Below, piece by piece: positions 51,481 to 54,070 of a stretch of 54,070 nt of DNA. The stretch is from assembly GCA_041678385.1 (NCBI GenBank), contig JBAYOJ010000001.1:1-54070 (forward strand), in the 5' to 3' direction. The translations under genes and the position numbers were made by a program. Each line of letters begins with the position of its first letter. Positions within the stretch are counted from its first letter, which is position 1. The notes beneath the pieces are model-generated. The model made no database searches. It saw only the letters and a program-made list of their open reading frames with translations, and was not told the origin of the DNA. This DNA is from Burkholderiaceae bacterium (GTDB lineage: Bacteria > Pseudomonadota > Gammaproteobacteria > Burkholderiales > Burkholderiaceae_B).

Positions 51481-51668
51481 ACAGGCTCCGTCTGCGGGCA
51501 TGTGCATGCGCTGGTGGCCGGGCCCGCTGCGCTGGAAGAGTCGGATATTCTGTTTTGAAACGGTGCGCGCCCCTGATCGGATGACCCTGGTCGTATCCCG
51601 TTCCCCATTTCGGCCCAGCTTTGTCCAAGCCTCTCTGTGGCCTGCTGGCTCAGCGCCATCGGCTCGCG

Positions 51669-52010
51669 TTATTGCTGGTGCGCCTGGCTCTCGGTATGTA
51701 CCAATCTTGCCGTCAGGCGCGTCCTCAGGTCCATGCGTTCGTGAAAAATGGCCACAATCAGCGCTGGTGCGTCTTTGCGCATCAGGCAAAATAGGTAATG
51801 ATGCTCACAATGCACCATACGCAATTCCGGATAGATCGCGCGCAGATCCCGGAAGGCCCCTTGGCGGCTCGCCAAGCAAGCCATTCCGCGCTCCAGGGCG
51901 GTAATGTAACGGTGCACCTGTACATCGCCCCATTGCGTTCGTGTGTAGCGGATGATGCTGCGCAGATCGGCTTCCGCTGCATCGGTCAGAACGTAGCCGT
52001 GCCGGGTCAA
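51669..52010 (-). CDS. parE: ParE (RelE/ParE family) toxin, RK2-like
   Basis: YVLTDAAEADLRSIIRYTR.QWG..Q, CEHHY.FC, AIFHERMDL; TTG start overlapping the parD stop. Confidence 0.93.
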   Translation of the reverse strand: MTRHGYVLTDAAEADLRSIIRYTRTQWGDVQVHRYITALERGMACLASRQGAFRDLRAIYPELRMVHCEHHYLFCLMRKDAPALIVAIFHERMDLRTRLTARLVHTESQAHQQ

Positions 52011-52252
52011 CCGTGATCCTTGGCGGCCAGTTCTTCATCCAGGATCTCACCGACGCTTTTTGCAGACACCTGTCCGGCCAGACCGTCGCGAATGCGATTG
52101 GTCAGAACGGTTTTCAGTTCCTGCCATGCCAGATCGTCAGCAGGGAACAATCGTTCGAGCGTGTATTGCTTGATGGTTTTGCCTTCCAGGGCGGCCATGG
52201 CCTTCAGGCTTTGATGTTGCTGGTCCGTCATGTCGATGGTCAGGCGGCTCAT
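52007..52252 (-). CDS. parD: ParD antitoxin, RK2-like
   Basis: MSRLTIDMTDQQHQSLKA.AAL.GKTIKQY.LERLFP...SVGEILDEEL. Confidence 0.95.
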   Translation of the reverse strand: MSRLTIDMTDQQHQSLKAMAALEGKTIKQYTLERLFPADDLAWQELKTVLTNRIRDGLAGQVSAKSVGEILDEELAAKDHG

Positions 52253-52464
52253 GGTAGTGGCTCCGAGATTTTCCTTGGACCCACATTACCACATTTACAT
52301 AGCCCTATATGGCAAAGTTGCAGCCACCTCTGATGATGCAAGGCATTGGGGTGTGGGCAAGGCACACCTGCAAAAGCGCCCGGAGCACGCGCTCATGAAA
52401 CGTAACGGCGACTTGTCATGACGCCTGACAGAGCCCCCTGACGCGCGGCAAGTTTGCCGATTCC

Positions 52465-52498
52465 AAAAACAAAAGCGCCATCCATGAAGAGTGGCGCA
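52465..52498 (-). terminator. Rho-independent terminator downstream of the tRNA remnant
   Basis: Minus strand GCGCCA-CTCTTCATGGA-TGGCGC-TTTTGTTTTT. Confidence 0.75.
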
Positions 52499-52513
52499 AG
52501 TGTTTGAATATTG

Positions 52514-52560
52514 TGGCTCCCCGAACAGAGTTCGAACCTGTGACCTGGGGATCAACAGGC
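52514..52560 (-). pseudogene. Degenerate 3' half of tRNA-Asn(GTT); probable att scar
   Basis: GCCTGTTGATCCCCAGGTCACAGGTTCGAACTCTGTTCGGGGAGCCA has a GTT anticodon region, T-loop GGTTCGAA and CCA end; no 5' half. Confidence 0.75.
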
Positions 52561-52614
52561 CGTCTCATGCACTTGCTTTACGTGCGCTTTATCTGACAAA
52601 TGGGACAGAGAGTT

Positions 52615-53112
52615 TCAGAGGCGTCGGACGGTTCCCAGCGGCAAGAACAGGGTAAGTGGCGAATCTGGCAAGGCAACGAAGCCGTGGTGCCGGTAGAAGG
52701 CCGCTGCCGCTTCGTCCTTGGCGTCCACCATCAAGGCGTAGGCGGCAATCTCCGAGCGAACGGCCCGATCGAGTGCATCGGCCAGCAGAGCGCCACCAAG
52801 CCCCTGGCCTTTGAATGCCTGACCGACAGCCAGGCGTCCCATGCGAACAGCGGGCACGGTTGGATAGCGCGGCAGCTTCTTGCCGGTGCTGGCCGGAAGG
52901 TCAGTCAGCAGCAGGCTTGCCGACGCCAAGGTGTAGTAGCCCGCGATGCGCTGCCTGTCTGCCAAAGCCACGAAACAAGCAGCCACGCGGCGGCGAATGT
53001 CCTGGGTGGCCTGTTCTCTCAGGTAGCGATTCAGCGGCTCCGACTCACTGCGGAAAGCCGTACGCTCATGCATTGCGTCAAGCGGTGCGAGCAGGAACGG
53101 CGCGCCGCTCAT
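52615..53112 (-). CDS. GNAT acetyltransferase toxin (TacT/AtaT-like)
   Basis: H.RTAF....PLNRYL..QA.QD, AGYYTL, P.YP.VP..RMGRLAV...FKGQGLG..LL.DA, VDAKDE.A..FY. Confidence 0.92.
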   Translation of the reverse strand: MSGAPFLLAPLDAMHERTAFRSESEPLNRYLREQATQDIRRRVAACFVALADRQRIAGYYTLASASLLLTDLPASTGKKLPRYPTVPAVRMGRLAVGQAFKGQGLGGALLADALDRAVRSEIAAYALMVDAKDEAAAAFYRHHGFVALPDSPLTLFLPLGTVRRL

Positions 53113-53114
53113 TC

Positions 53115-53729
53115 GATGCGCAGAAGGAAGCTGGAAACTATCGCAAGGGCCATGTGCGTATCGGCGGCCTGGACATCTCCATCGAAAACCCTGAAGGATC
53201 CGAGCGTAGTGGCGTCGATGATAACGGCAGCCGATGGACAAACCGCATGGCCGCACAGACCGGAGAAGCCCCCAAGGAACAGAATTTCACCTACGCGATC
53301 AAGCCCGCCGAAGGTGGATATATCATCGAAAGCGACGATGGCGGTGGCCACGTTGTCGCTGGCCGGCCCACGGGTGCGATGTCGCAGTTCGGCACACCGC
53401 CCAGGATCTTCAAGCGTCGCGCCGATGCGCTGCTTTTCATGAAGCAACGCAGCATGGAGCCCGCAAAGCCGAGCAACGATGGTCGGACACCGCGTGACGC
53501 AGAAAGCGCGGGCGCAGAGCAGCCGGCTGAACAAAATGCAGTAGGTGGGATGTCTTCAGTTCGGGGGCTGGGCGCGCAGGATGCCGAGCAGGATCTCGCA
53601 AAAGTGAATGCGACCGAAAGGGGGGTCAGGACAGATAGCAGCAGGCGGGCGTCTCGAAGCAAGAAAAAAAACCTGACCTGTCCCGTCAGAATCGTGATCG
53701 CTCCCGGCCGGCCAGCGTCGAGCAGATGA
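53115..53729 (+). pseudogene. Fragment of a large polyvalent protein (InPase-like domain start)
   Basis: AQKEAGNYRKGHVRIGGLDISIENPEGSERSGVD..G..W...M; no proper start; domain truncated. Confidence 0.65.
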
Positions 53730-53989
53730 ACCGGATTGCAAACAATCCAGATTATGATCGCCTGGGCTTTGGTCGTTCTCCGAACGAAGCGGCAGGCGCC
53801 TATTCGCGCCAGTTTCTGGATCGTGCGCGGGCCGCGGTCTTTCACAAAGCCTATGGCGACGAGGCGTTGACTGCGATGTCAGCCGAAAGCGCGGATCCGG
53901 AGATCAAAAACATCCTGAATGCGCTGTCGCTTGCCGCACCAAATTTTGGGTATCCGGAATTTCTGGTTGATAAAATGCCAAAGATGTAA
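53726..53989 (+). pseudogene. Fragment of a polyvalent protein (ddrB-ParB-like segment)
   Basis: MNRIANNPDYDRLG; RARAAVF.KAYGD..L....ES.DPEIKNILNAL..AAP. Confidence 0.55.
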
Positions 53990-54070
53990 AGAAGAAAATC
54001 TTTCTCAGCGGATTATCTGATTGATCCTCTTCAGCCTACTCTACTGCCAATTTTCTGTTTCCACCTTCGC

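Noticed and set aside
52514-52560. Functional tRNA gene
   Set aside because: No 5' acceptor strand or D-arm; stems are mismatched.
53990-54070. AT-rich terminal stretch as a gene end
   Set aside because: Too short to assign.

Overview
GC-rich betaproteobacterial chromosome segment (Burkholderiales, Alcaligenaceae-like; taxon is inferred) in four blocks. (1) 1-16.4 kb: flagellar cluster fliP'ONMLKJIHGF/fliE, a FlhB-C-like gene, a second FliK-like gene, fliTSD, a divergent fliA and an EAL-HDOD gene. (2) 16.5-33 kb: pncB, two TRAP transporter/organic-acid catabolism clusters and hslR. (3) 33.1-50.8 kb: a complete type III-B (Cmr) CRISPR-Cas locus with Csx1, two putative ring nucleases, an orphan ORF and a 38-repeat/37-spacer array. 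Its adaptation module is unusual: four genes, cas2-cas1-cas1*(no catalytic motifs)-cas2. (4) 50.9-54 kb: decayed mobile DNA at a tRNA-Asn integration scar. This includes a collapsed group II (IIC-like) intron whose RT remnant reads in frame into cas2, an RK2-like parDE, a GNAT toxin without its antitoxin and polyvalent-protein fragments. The best candidate for an undescribed system is the translationally coupled dual-Cas1/dual-Cas2 adaptation module. It serves an array whose crRNAs appear antisense to coding sequence and which contains offset overlapping spacers. All family assignments come from motif recognition; no searches were run.
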